DNA of 62,218 nt from Phoronis australis. Lineage: Eukaryota; Animalia; Phoronida. Both the position numbers and the translations under genes were made by a program. How positions within the stretch are numbered: the first letter of the stretch is position 1; every line of letters starts with the position of its first letter. The stretch spans positions 1 through 62,218 of the forward strand of contig NMRA01001060.1 of the NCBI GenBank assembly GCA_002633005.1, in the 5' to 3' direction. This document shows positions 12,472 to 25,300 of the stretch, one piece after another. The notes beneath the pieces were generated by a model. The model was not told where the DNA came from. It worked only from the letters and a program-made list of their open reading frames with translations, and ran no database searches.

Positions 12472-15400
12472 TCAGCTGAATAACATCCACATTGCCAATA
12501 CAATGTTCATTCCAATTAGAATAGTGCCAAACAATAGCACTATGTTATAGATGAGAGCCCTGGATTCCGGGTTGGGGATGGTGGATCGGAACATCATCTC
12601 AATGAAGGCAAGCAGTATCCACTGGCCATCCAAAGCGTAACACGGTACCACATTAAGAAGTGCCAGTGCCCCAGACAATGAGACAAGGTATCTACAACGA
12701 GCTAAGGAAATTCAAGAAAACCGTACAGCTTGAAATAAGCAAATGACATGTATTTCATATTCAACTTTTAACAATGGGGCATTTTTCTGTTGTGGAGTCT
12801 GGGCTGGGTGTCATGTGAATATTGTCTTCTAGACAAGACCACTATATATAAAATTCAAATTTTAGCAAAACATTTAGCGAAATACTTTTAAATTTAATTT
12901 AATTTAAAGAACACAAAAGTTACAACACTAAATGATGACATGAAATTTAATGACCATTTCTGTGATCAGATAATCTACAGCAAATAAGAGTATTTGATTT
13001 TTGAAATGAAGTTGCAAGTGAAATTGAGCTATTTTTAAAGAACAGAGTCACACTAGACTGGGAGACTCCACAATTAGGTTATAACTGCAGAAGACTGCTT
13101 TGAAAACACTGTCAGTCAAAAAATAACTTATCCTTAAGATGACACAATGTTATAGAATTGGTCTCAAATTAACTCTCAATTAGCTCAGATGTCATTTCTG
13201 GGCTGCTCAAGAACGAGATCAATATGCTCGCATGAACCACTCAGTTATTTTACATAAGCCAGAAGTATCTTCACAGAAGACAGGTTCAGAATAGTTTTAA
13301 GCATCTTGCTTGTTGCACGACCATGATGCAACCATAAAAAGGATACTTGCAGAATGTTTCAATCACGTAGGGAAGGTTGAGAGGAACAAGCCTGTTGCTG
13401 GGCACATAACCACTGATAGACACTGAAAATGAAATCCACCCATGATACATCATCAAATATTACTGAAAAGTGATGATGAACGGATATAAAACAGGTTCCC
13501 ATGGCCAGCAAAAGAAATAAAAACATCCGTTTTCCGCTGTCATTTCGGATTGCATTTTGTCAAAAACGAACCAAGCCATTTGCTGTTAAAATGATTTCAA
13601 CTGGTTCCCTTCTCAAATCAGTAATGATTCTGGGCTAAGGAACACCTGAGAGTTGGTTATTGCTGGAGACGATGCTTGGCACATAAAATGACCAGCTTAG
13701 TCAAGCCGACTGAGCAGTCACAAGCAGAGAAAGAGAGACCAGGCTCAAGAGGTCGACAGCATTCACTGCATCCATCATGGTTCGACCAATAACATGATGC
13801 ACCCATCATGAGTAAGAAACAAGTTGAAAGCAGTTTTTTATACGTTAAGAAACAAAAGGCAGGTATAAAACATCTACTGAAATGAGTGTGAAGTGCCTTA
13901 TTTAGAAACAAGCAAAACAGTAAAAACAGCAAAACCATAATGCCGTATTTGCCGTAATAACAGCCCATGTCCCTATAAGAGCCCCCCCCCCCAATGCGTT
14001 TTCAGACTTTAGTAAAATAAGCGTCCAGTCCATGAACGTGTATGTGCGAAAAATGCCTTACCTGCAGTCCTAAAATTCTACAGTAACATCTTCAAGTTAT
14101 CAATAATATCCGACAGTCCTGAAAAAAATCATTGTGCGCAGAATTTGTAGACCACGAGCCTCGCCGTTATGTCGGTATTTAGCCATGACTATACACTTCA
14201 AACTTCCACCATGCCTCAAAACGAACACAGAAGTTCTGCTGATTGCGAGGACCAATGGTCTGGCCTTTCNTGGTAAAATAAGCGCCCAGTCCATGAACAT
14301 GAACGTGCGAAAAATGCCTTACCTACAGTCCTAAAATTCTACAGTAACGTCTTCAAGTTATCAATAATATCTGACAGTCCTAAAAAAATCATTGTGCGCA
14401 GAATTTGTAGACCACGAGCCTCGCCATATGTCGGTATTTAACCATGACTATACACTTCAAACTTCTGCCATGCCTCAAAACGAACACAGAAGTTCTGCTG
14501 ATTGCGAGGACCAATGGTCTGGCCTTTCAGAACAGAAGTAGTGTACTTGTCTACGGGATTGCTTTGTAGATATTTCCCACTTTCAATAGGAATCCAAATT
14601 TTTTTGTAGACCTACACGTGAAAACCGCGAATCGAAGAATAACAAACAGCTTGGCCAGAGTTAAAAGCACGTGGCCAGGAAGCGCGCACTATATACATGA
14701 ACCTGTCATCAAAGGCATTAGTCGGGAACTATCCATTCATGAAACGGGTAGCATAGTATCGGCAAGAAATGAATATTGGCACTAATTTCCGACAGTTTCT
14801 AATACTATAAAAATGTTTGTGTTATTATTAAAATGAATTGTTTGATATACCATAATTGGTGTTTTTAAGCCGAATATTGGATAAAATAACCACTGACAGT
14901 GAATGCTTACACACCCTTACACTGAAAAATAACTGTCAGATAGTCACGTACACATCCAGCCGCACGGCGACTAATATGGCCTCTTACCGAGACAAGCAAA
15001 CGTTTTTAGCACATGAGACTGGCAAGTGCTGATTGAAACACGCCCTGGTTTAGGCCTACTGCTTGTGCAAATTTCTTTAGATACAATGCCCATCTAGTTC
15101 GTTAGATTGCGTGGCTCTGGCCAAAAGACGGTCTGTGCTCTGCCAAATGAACTCTGGTGGCACGCACGCGTTCGCTTACCCACAAACGCAGACAACTTCA
15201 AAACTAACATCAAGTGACAACAACATGTGTGTTCGTCCCGACATTTTTCTCATGTAGATGGCACGATATCAGCACAGATTTGTACTTAAACCTACCGTGA
15301 TCCTGACTCCACGGGAACTTAAAAATCTTAGGGACGCCAAACTTGGAAAAATTAAGGAGGATTTCAGGTAATTTGCTCGAGTTGAAACTGTATTTTTATT

Positions 15401-18400
15401 GAAACATTCAAGTTGCCGTATCGACGATTGCAAAGCAGGCAGTCGGCGAGTTTTCGCCCTAGGATTTCAGCACAAGTTTCTGTAAAATGATCGTAATTTA
15501 GCAGCAAAGTTTGATAGCAATGCACCACGGTTTTGTAGAAAGTCTTTCATAGATTACAGATACGTCACACAGCGTAAATATAATGAATCTTAGCCAGGGC
15601 TTGGAATGGCGAATGACAAAAAAAGCGGAAATTTTTACGGCCCAAAACATGCACACACCCAGCCTTGAAATAGTCGATGTGGACCTTTTGCCGACAAAAA
15701 TCAGGACAAAAAAAATGTGGACCTTTTGCCGACAAAAATCGGGAGGACAAAAAAAACAGTACCACCTCCACAAGCGTGCGTCTGCGTCTTTTTAGCTTCC
15801 TTGTCCACTCCCACCTCCACACATTTTTGGCTGCGGAGTCTTTGTATTTGTCGCCGCGGTTTACAATCACATGAGACGCCATTGAAGAAATCCACCACGC
15901 TATCCCAGATGGCCCGACAATGATGACAGTTTACATTCCTCCAAAACATAAAGAGCTTTTTGAGGTGAAAGTTGTTGGCAACGCCGCGGTAATAAAGAAA
16001 TTTGCAGTGGAAATTTTATATTAAATCCTGATTCTTTTACGCGGAAATGTAATAAAATACGCGGACAGAACATTTGAAAAAAGCGGAAATTTGCGTTTCC
16101 GCGGAAAATTCCAAGCCTTGCTTAGTTTCCGATTTCACCCGTTTCGGGAACCGGGTTTCAATGGCCTTGGGTTATAATAAGCGCCACCCACTGAAACGAA
16201 CTTTTTTAAGCGCCCTGGGTGGTTATTACGGCGAATACGGCAAGTGTGAAACAATTGCAGAAAGAACCGGGAACTTACTTTCATTGCAAAACAAGATTTC
16301 CAGCTGAGTGCAGATAAGGCTAAGTTCATGAAAGGTAGCAGGTCCAGTTATAACCAAGGGCATTGCATGTTTCAATTTTTATCCAAAATTCAGTTTCCAA
16401 AGATGGACACCAAGTGGGAATGTGAACTAGGACTGAATTTGTGCCAGCAGCAATCACGTGCTAACAAACATCCTCTGTATGACTGGGCATTATTCACAAG
16501 CCCCTGAACTGCAGTGCATAAAACAAAAGACAAGATGACTCACTCACCAGAATAATGTAGATCTGGAGGATAACCTAGAAACAGCAGTGGTGGTCGTCCA
16601 TCATGGCTGACTCTAAGCAGTTTGGTGTGGTTGTCCAAGGAGGGGTACACACAGACACTTTCTACATTTGGCGTGAAGCAGTCGCTCTGTAGACGGCACG
16701 GCTGCCGATCAGCCGTACTTCGGGCTGGTAGACATGCGTATTTCTGAAATAATTTCATACCCAACAATACTGATTTGCATCAAAATTGATACGCTCGAGG
16801 AAAGTCGAAAAGAAATTGGGGGTAGTTAGAGAGATGTGGAATGTGGCATTGCAGTTTTTGAACTTTTAAAGTGCGGCTTGATCAGAATACTTGAAAATGT
16901 TTTAAGCAACCATGTACCTTTACTACACAAGTACACAATTCCAGTGCATCCAAATGAATAAGCATTATGTGTAATGCAGAAAAGAAATGATTAGCGTGCC
17001 GCAGATTGTCTTTTATTAAATGATGTGTTTGCAGTAAAATATGCAAGGATTTCAAATAAATTCCATTTTATGTATTAGATAGTTGTTGTTCTCTAGTGAA
17101 AATCAATGCTTTTTAAACGGCCATTACAAACACGTTGGTTTATGTAAAACCTTTCAATCAAATCAAAAAAAGTCACGCCTATTTAGGACGGAATATTACT
17201 CACGACAGTGCACATTTCACGAATTACCAATATTCTCATATTAATTAGTTTTATCTTTTAAAAACTGGTTTCATAGTTCAATTCCATCAAAGACAGTGAA
17301 AGTGCAGACATGAAGTCACTAAAAAACAACAAACCAAGTTTGGGTTAGCTTTGGTGTGGTACGCAAAACAAAGGTGTGTGTTGGATATGTTGCAACACTC
17401 CATATTTCCTGTCAATGTCTGGTAACCTGAAAACAAGAAAAACAAGATTACAACAGTTTCACCCAGTTTGCTAACACAGTTGTTTGCACTGCTTCTTATT
17501 AACAATTATTTTAGACAAACATGCATATTTTCAAGAACAGAACACCCAAGACCTTGACCGAATGGAAAGTAGGGAGAGAACTTTGGGCAAAAATGGCTCG
17601 AGTGCACACCATTCATAAGGTTGTTACACAGGTAATAACAAATGAATGAAATGTTTATTAGGTTTTACTCAGTTGCACCCCATTCGATTTTCCAAGAACA
17701 TATCTCGATGTGATGGGTGTGTAATCAATTCAGTGCAACGCCAACATAGGTTGTAATAGACAGTTAACTTTTTGTACATTTTAGTATCAAAACAAAAAAA
17801 CGTGTCATTAAACAAGTTATCAAAATAGCATGACAAAACCTAATACAGTATGAAATGCAAAGGGTTAAATAATGGAATTTATTTCACTGTCTACAACTGA
17901 GCACACAAACATGCAAATTCTATCAATGAATATTTTGTCAAAAATTACCCTCTTCCTCACTCACACTAAATACCCGACGCTCACGCTCAACGATTCCAAG
18001 ACTTACTGTGTGTGGCTGCATCCTGTATTTTGATTTGTTCCACAGCCATACAGTAACCAGTGTTGGGCGACTTCATACTGTTCTGTACACAGGCCGTCCA
18101 GTCAGCCACAGATGTCACTCTACATCCACTAATGGATGTCACGCGGTCGCCTGGGTAGAGGCCACGGGGACCAGACACAGGTGAACCCTGCGGAAGGATC
18201 AGACTTCAATAAATGTAAGAGGAAGACTTTTTTAAATAAACTGAAATCACGTCTGCATGCTTAAAGACGTATTTGCATGCTCCTAACTATGTTTAATGTA
18301 TAGCAGGAACTAAACGACAATGCTATTTGAACATCATCTACGCTAAACTAAGTGCAGTTCTATTCATTGACAACTTGTAAATGTGACAACAAAAAAATCT

Positions 18401-21400
18401 GAAAATAGGTGACCTTTGCACTAATGACATACCCTGGGGGCTCACATAGCCTGCATCATGCAGTGTAATTCTTCAACACCACATCATGACACTACTAGAC
18501 ACAGTCGAGTGATATACGGTGGATCGTTTTTGCCACCAAACTTATTCTTAAAAACATTTGGCAATTTTCAACATACTTTATATTCACATCGTCGCTAAAT
18601 GCTGTGTTTCCAATTAATTTGACCAAACAGTCATAGAGATACGGAATTAGCGTAAGTTCCATTTTTGATGCATGAAAATAAAGTTGTGACAAGAACTCTA
18701 CACCTCAGTTTATGTCTGTGGCCATCTCATGGACAGCATGTTAAAGTCCTTGGAGTAATGAGTTGTGCTAAGTTAGCAAGGGTATCGTTACAACTAACTG
18801 ATGTGAGAAGATGGAAATGGCTTCTGACATGTAATATTATAGTTGATTCAAGGTCAGAACAAATTTTAACCTCACAAGCAGAATTTTGCTTCTAACATTT
18901 GGAACTTGAAACAAAACCAACGGAGTTTGAAGCTGTTCCTTATGTTTAAAACAAGCTAAACAGGTACGAGCAGCCATGCAATTCTCATTTTTAAGTCAAC
19001 AAGCAAAATCGGGATAACCAGGTGCATTTTGCACTCTCACTTGCACTAAAGTCAAACATTGTGATTGCAGTGCAAGTAATCTCTAGTTGGCTACAGGGAC
19101 CTGAAGAAAAAGTACAGAATAAGGGGTACACGCTGCTTCCCAGTTTCAACAGGCAATTTAATAACATAAATCACTGCTCTAGGATATGCAAAACCACTTC
19201 TCAGAGATTTGTAAAAGCGCTCGTGAGAATTTAAAAAGTCAACGTAATAGGCAACCCACCTCGACGACGTCGGTGATGACAACTGAATAGCCGGTGTTGT
19301 AGAACAGTGTCATTAAGCCAGGCATAGAGAACCAAACAGCAAGTGCCAACAGGACAATAATGAAGTTGTGCCAGACACCAGCACAGAAGATGCGTAGTTG
19401 ACGTATAGGGGAGATGATCTGCAGATGCTCGGTACAAAGGTCCACGTAGGCGCCTGGGTAGATGGCCATGACGAACAGACCAAAGCCATTCACGCGCACT
19501 TGCTCTCTAAACAATATAAGGAGCTGTTAATGTTGGCCACAATAGTAGGGAACAGTACTATAAAAAATCACTAGTAAGTCCAATATGCAATAATAGTTTG
19601 TTCGAGAAAATGGCAATTTTCCTTGAGAAACATTTTCATAATTGAAGTTTCAATTAATTTTTAGAAATCATTTAGTTTCAGATACCATTAGCTTTTAAGC
19701 ACAGGAATTAACTGGCTAGGATGTACCATCACCAGTCCATTTTCAAAATGGACTGAGGTACCCTTTGTTGACCATTTAAGTTTTCAGCAATACGTTGCCT
19801 TACGGATATTTTCAAAAGTTGACACAGCATCAGACTAATTTCACACAGATTGGATTGTAGTAACACACCCTATTGGCCATTTTGATTTCTTTCCTGTGTC
19901 CGTTGATTATTGTAGCTTCTCAGATATTGATGAAACTCAACACAAGGGATGTGCCAGCACTATTTGATTATTACAAAAGCTGCAAAATTGTAGATGATTT
20001 CAGGGCTTCTCATTACTGCTTGAGATTGGGCCTGCTAGCTGGCATGTCATGGTGTGCCATTTTATTCGCCGAGCACGATCTCGAGGAATAATAGACTGTT
20101 AGGTCTTTGCAATGTACAGAAATTGCTTGTCACCTAAGTAAAGAACAAATCAAGATCAATTTTATAGTGACGAGTGGTCTAAATGATAAGTTCGCTTCTT
20201 GAACGAAATGCAGGACAAAAGCCCATGAAAACAAAAATATGCTTAAAATAGAGAAATGCCTAACTGACAATAGATGTCGCTACCTGACAGCCGCTACTGC
20301 ATGCCCAACTTCATGAAGAATGCCACAGATAAGAAGTGTGAGAAGGTAGTAGGCTATTTGGCTCATTGGCAGATTCACTCCGGGCATCTGAAACGTGAAG
20401 AAAGACCACTTAATAATTTCAAAAATATACCGAACGTAAAGCAATTGACCTTGTCCTGAAAAACATCAACGACTTAAAAGTCACAATAATCAGCATATGC
20501 CATTGCTCCTAACCAAGAACACTTCATAATTCTCAGTGTACATCACGTATCAAATCATTAAATGTATTTGTATCATGGAAACACACACTGGTGCTCATGT
20601 TAGTTTCCTGCTGAAATGAAGAAACTGTCACGCAAGTACTTAAGGAAATCATCTTAAGAGGCAGAGAAAAATAAATTTGATATGTTACTCCAAAAAAGCA
20701 TTGTTTAGATGTAGCAGTCCCTGATTTTGAGAACCAGACAATTACTGAATAATGTGTCCCCTTATTCAGTGGATGAAACTGGTTCCCAAAATCAGGAACC
20801 GCTAAATCCAACCAGAGCCCTAAAAAACAACAAGCTCCTACAAAATTGAAAAAATAAGATTTTACAAAAACCTTACCACAGGTGTCAGCACTTGTTGTTC
20901 CACCTTTTGTCGCCCAAGGGTATTAATGACCAGCAACGACAGAATAAAGATTGCAAACACCATGGCAACGAGGCCGAAACACACTCCTACAGTGAACCAT
21001 ATTCTCCAGAATTTGGGGTGCCAGTGTCCAATACGACAGAACACGCGATTGACACATGTTGTGTACCACCTTAGCTGCAGCACTGAGATGCTTAAACCAA
21101 ATCTATTCAGCAGCTGCGTATATATCCTGGATGACCATTTCTGGTGCTGAAATAAAAACAAATTCTTAGCACATTTTGAAACAAACAAAAAAAGAATCAA
21201 GTTAGAAGAATCATGGACCGTGAACTTGGAATTGCATATTCATTAGGGCAATCAGGTGAAATTTTTTGTTCAGTGTAAAGAATTTTTGGCCTCACGATCA
21301 CCCATTTTCTAATTTACCGTAACTTGTGTCAAAGAATCAGAAGAATGTGCGATAGTTGAAAAGGGTTGGTTAAAATTTACTTTATTTTATTCACATGTAA

Positions 21401-21790
21401 TTTGATTTAATGCAGTGCAAATTTTTATCAACGTGAACGTGATTGTTTGACTGACCTTGTTAAGTTTTCTTGTGTACTCCAAGTCCAAGTTCATGCATAT
21501 GCCATCCGAGACATAAGCAGGATTTTCAAGTTCACGCACTGCAATTGAAGCAGTTCAACTTGCCAAGATTCTCTGACTGCTTAGAACCGCTAGACAATTT
21601 TGAACTTTTCCAACAATTTTAAGCACCAAAACATTCGTTTTCACAATCTCCACATGGCTAGAGGTGACAAAATGTGCTTTTATTACTATTTGATGTATTT
21701 CCTGGTAAACTATACCTTGAGAAAAGCATCCACTAAGTACAGAGATGCCCAAATCCCCAACAACAGAGCGGCCCATGTCACTTGCGTCAT
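12472..21790 (-). CDS. MBTPS2: Membrane-bound transcription factor site-2 protease (M50 metalloprotease), 486 aa
   Basis: Exons (minus) 21716-21790, 20877-21146, 20284-20387, 19260-19506, 18007-18187, 17335-17426, 16548-16743, 13347-13422, 12472-12691. All GT-AG, phases consistent, total 1461 nt. Motifs ILHEVGHAVAA (HExxH), CAGVWHN, PDZ-like/Cys-rich region and NVVPCYALDG. Confidence 0.96.
13943..16240. mobile_element. pogo/Tc1-mariner-type non-autonomous element in MBTPS2 intron 7
   Basis: TIR CCGTATTTGCCGTAATAAC ... GTTATTACGGCGAATACGG (CCGTA...TACGG ends). Flanks are TG/CA rather than TA. Confidence 0.7.
15595..16120 (-). mobile_element. Deleted hAT element nested in the pogo-like element
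   Basis: TIR CAGGGCTTGGAAT ... ATTCCAAGCCTTG; repeated gcggaaat subterminal motifs; flanks cttagc/cttagt; remnant MASHVIVNRGDKYKDSAAKNVWRWEW resembles hAT transposase N-termini. Confidence 0.65.
20712..20806. mobile_element. Palindromic MITE, family copy 1 (others at 40581-40725 and 59993-60112)
   Basis: ccctgattttgagaaccag ... ctggttcccaaaatcagg inverted arms. Confidence 0.6.
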
Positions 21791-22386
21791 CGTCTTCTCT
21801 TCATGGTGACATCTTTCACAACCAGCAAGGTTCCAATGATAAAACCGCACATCCAACACCAATCATCTTTTTAATTTTGTACACACCACTCGACCACAAG
21901 TGAAAATGTTAAAAAATTGTCTGGAAATTAAACTAAAAACATCACTTCGTTCATCGACTCAGAATCAAACTTCAGCGTTTCATGGTATCTATCTAACTAC
22001 ATTCAGACATAAGGCACTGGAATCAAATCTCACAATTAAGGATCAATGAAAGAAAAGAATGATACTGTTTACAAAATCCCTTAGGCCTCATGCTTAGCTT
22101 CTTTGTTGAAAAATAGGTCACCGGAAGTACACGTCATTCCTACCTTTAATATCACTCGACCACGAAAGGCATAGAACAGACAAGTGAAATAAGAAATACT
22201 CTACTTAGGGAGGAGATATAAGTCTTTTATGTCTTCCATGGTATCTTTTTGACTATTTTTGCTCTTTTTGTGCAGTACTGGTATTGAAAAGGAACAGAGC
22301 CCTTTTAAATTCGTTCGATTTTCATTTGTAGAAGTGATGAAAACGACACCAATGGTAGAAAGGAGAACTATCTTTCGTCATCCAAA
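21791..22386. promoter_or_regulatory. Probable bidirectional promoter shared by MBTPS2 and EIF2S3
   Basis: Divergent ATGs only 596 bp apart; ETS/GABP-type CCGGAAGT at 22121-22128 followed by acgtca (CRE half-site); repeated cactcgaccac motif near 21888 and 22153. Confidence 0.7.
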
Positions 22387-25300
22387 ATGCCGGATACGCA
22401 AAGTTTACAGCCACATCTGTCGAAACAAGATCTTTCAACCCTTGTAAGTTGATCATTGCTTGTCGTCCTCGTGCGATAAAGTCATAGTCTAATACTTCTT
22501 CAATATTTTTACAGATTTCATTGTCTGCAGAACGATTATTTGTGCCGGACTTGTACATAACTCTTACTGGCACGTGATTTTCAGAACCCGAATCCTTCCA
22601 AACCATCCATCTGACTGTCGATCTGACTGATAAACAGTTGGAACACAGTGTTAATCACGTGTGTTGGAATGTTCTGGTCTACCTTTTTGTTCCAAAACAC
22701 GACGTTATGTCATCACCCCCCCGGGGCTCAGCTCTGTTTTGTGTTGACTACATTTAGGTTTCCAATTCCTTCAGTAGGGTGGTCTAACAATATGGCCAAA
22801 ACTCAGCAAGAGTGAAACTGCCATTTTTCATGATTTTCACAAGCTCTTGTCTGTTTGCATGCCAAATGAAAAGTATGCCAGGGAAATATTTAAACTTTCC
22901 CTTTGTATTAACTGCAGGTTCACGTGCAGCTTTCCTTTACTCATAAGTCTTCTTAAACACAAGCTGGAGATTGGAGCACCTAATGCACACGTCCTGCATG
23001 TAGCAGGACCAGACAAAGGGAGCCAATTCCCATGATGCCCCAGTCATGTGACAACACTAGAATTCACAACATCCGGCCACTAACGGAAACTCACGGACGA
23101 ACACACGAGACAACACGAAAGAGGAGACCACACAAACCAACATTCAGAACAATACCCATTACAACAATGGGGGCATTAATGAAAATTTTTCAAAATTGAA
23201 GTAATGCGAGTACTTCACACATTTTTCACTCACCGGTAAATTCTTGTGATTTACAGTAGGGATCAAACTTTCAGCTGCTAAATGGCTGTTGCTGAACTGA
23301 TTTTAATGATACTGATATCAAAGCTTATATGCTTACAAAGGCTTCATAAGAATTCTCAATCTAATATTAAAAATCTGACGTTAAAAAAACAACTTAATCT
23401 GTTTCTGCTTCTGCCACATAACCCTCACAGACTACTCTCATTTCCAAATGGCATTCAATTGAAAACTACAGTCAGTCGACCTACAATCAACCTAAAACAT
23501 TTTGGCACACTTTCCATAATATTTCACTGGAAGTATTACTCATTGTTGTAAATTCTTTACTGAAATAAAGACTTACCATCATGGAATTGTTATGTTATCA
23601 ATTGTTGTTACTGCAAGCCGTATCGATCTTTAAGAGCACAACCAGTAAACCCTTGGAAAACCTACATTGGAACCATAGTACACATACGTCACATGGACTG
23701 ATGGAGGTCAACTGAATAACCATGTAATGGCAGGAGACATGTTGTGGCCAAATTGCTGCTTATTTGCTCATAGATCATAGCTCCGTTTGCAACAAAAAAT
23801 TCCCGAAAGATTCTTGATCACAATCCCTGCAAGTGCAATATCACTGCATTTTTAAGTATCTCTGCATTAACACGATAAATGCATATGCGCTTCCAGGTTT
23901 TGACAATTTTATTTTACTTTGTATGTGTTGGTTGGCACCCGGTGCTACTAGTTTGGTTCATTTAGGCCTTTCCACTACCACATGTGGTGTTTTGAATTTG
24001 CGAAGTTTAGTCAAACTTGTGTTCCCATAGGTAACTACCTTCTTCCGTGTGTAAATTGTTATTTACAGTCAGAGCATGACACTCAATGAAATCGTAAGCA
24101 TAACGTTGGTCGCGAACATGAAGTAGAAAAAGGAATGTACTCTAAAGGGTGCAGCTGTGGCAGTATTTTTTTAACCAATTTTGCATTAAGAGATAGCTGC
24201 AGGCAAGTGGGCAAACAAGCGTCCAATGATTCTTTTTTGGAGAGAGAACCCTTGCTCACCTTGAGAGGAAGGTGACTCTGCCTTCTTAATTAGGCATTTT
24301 CTCTCCTTCCTTGCTACCTGACAGATATATAGATTATCTGATATGGTTGTACACTATGCAGATCCTGGAAGTCGTAACTTAACATTACTAGTATAAATCT
24401 GTCACCGTGGTGTTTTTAAGACTTTGAATTTCTTTTAGCTATGTTTTGTTTCCATTTTGCAGGATGTTACTAAGTTGACTCCAGAGACTCCAGATGTAAT
24501 TAGCAGGCAAGCAACTATAAATATTGGTGAGTGTATTGAGAAATCACTTGTGACTGATGCTCATGCATAGCTGCCATCTTAAGTCGTAAGGTCTGTGTGT
24601 GATCTGAGTCCAGGATATTTGAGATTTTGTAGGTGTAAAAGAGTTGGTTAGCCAAAACTGAATATGAAATAGGTAAAGTTATGTGAACGTAAAATCCCAC
24701 TGTAGCCAGGTCTACTATTACCTGTTAAATTTCATGTTAGTTGCATCTAAGTTGTTAGAATCAGTGTCGTTTTTGAAACGCATCTGAATTAACTGACCTC
24801 AATGTTGTCTTTCTCTGTACATCGAGGACCTGAAATGAAATTCTTGTGGCCTTTTTCAGGCAGTTACTTATATCAAAATAACAGTTTATTCTTAAAAGAT
24901 GACCTGTTAGCAAGCTTAGCAAGACTGGTCAAAATTCATTTATATTAAACAATAGACTGCCATTTCTGCAAAGTGAGTTAAAAAAAGTGAAATGATCTTT
25001 GTTGCTCTGTAGGATGCTTGTTACCCTATGTTCGTTTGTTTTCCAGGTACTATCGGTCATGTAGCTCACGGCAAGTCCACAGTGGTCAAAGCTATATCTG
25101 GTGTGCAGACAGTTAGATTTAAGAATGAACTTGAGAGGAATATCACCATTAAGCTAGGCTATGCTAATGCTAAAGTGAGTCTTGCTCGTGATATGTGCAG
25201 CTGAATAATGTTCATATCAACAGTAAAATACATATGGTACTTCTTCACTTAACTGTTGCAAAAGTAATTTATCAACATTGAAACCAGACATTGTCTTTGC

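Noticed and set aside
19546-19872. TAGGG...CCCTA MITE in MBTPS2 intron 3
   Set aside because: The TIR match is short and degenerate and the TSD imperfect (tag/ttg), so it cannot be supported.
22322-22606. 94-aa minus ORF that looks like a nested gene
   Set aside because: It is antisense to EIF2S3 exon 1 and its splice donor, and has no recognisable motif.
24076-24093. ATG ACA CTC AAT GAA ATC|gtaagc as EIF2S3 exon 1
   Set aside because: The exon at 22387-22443 encodes the conserved [12 protein letters not shown] and has a perfect GTAAGT donor.
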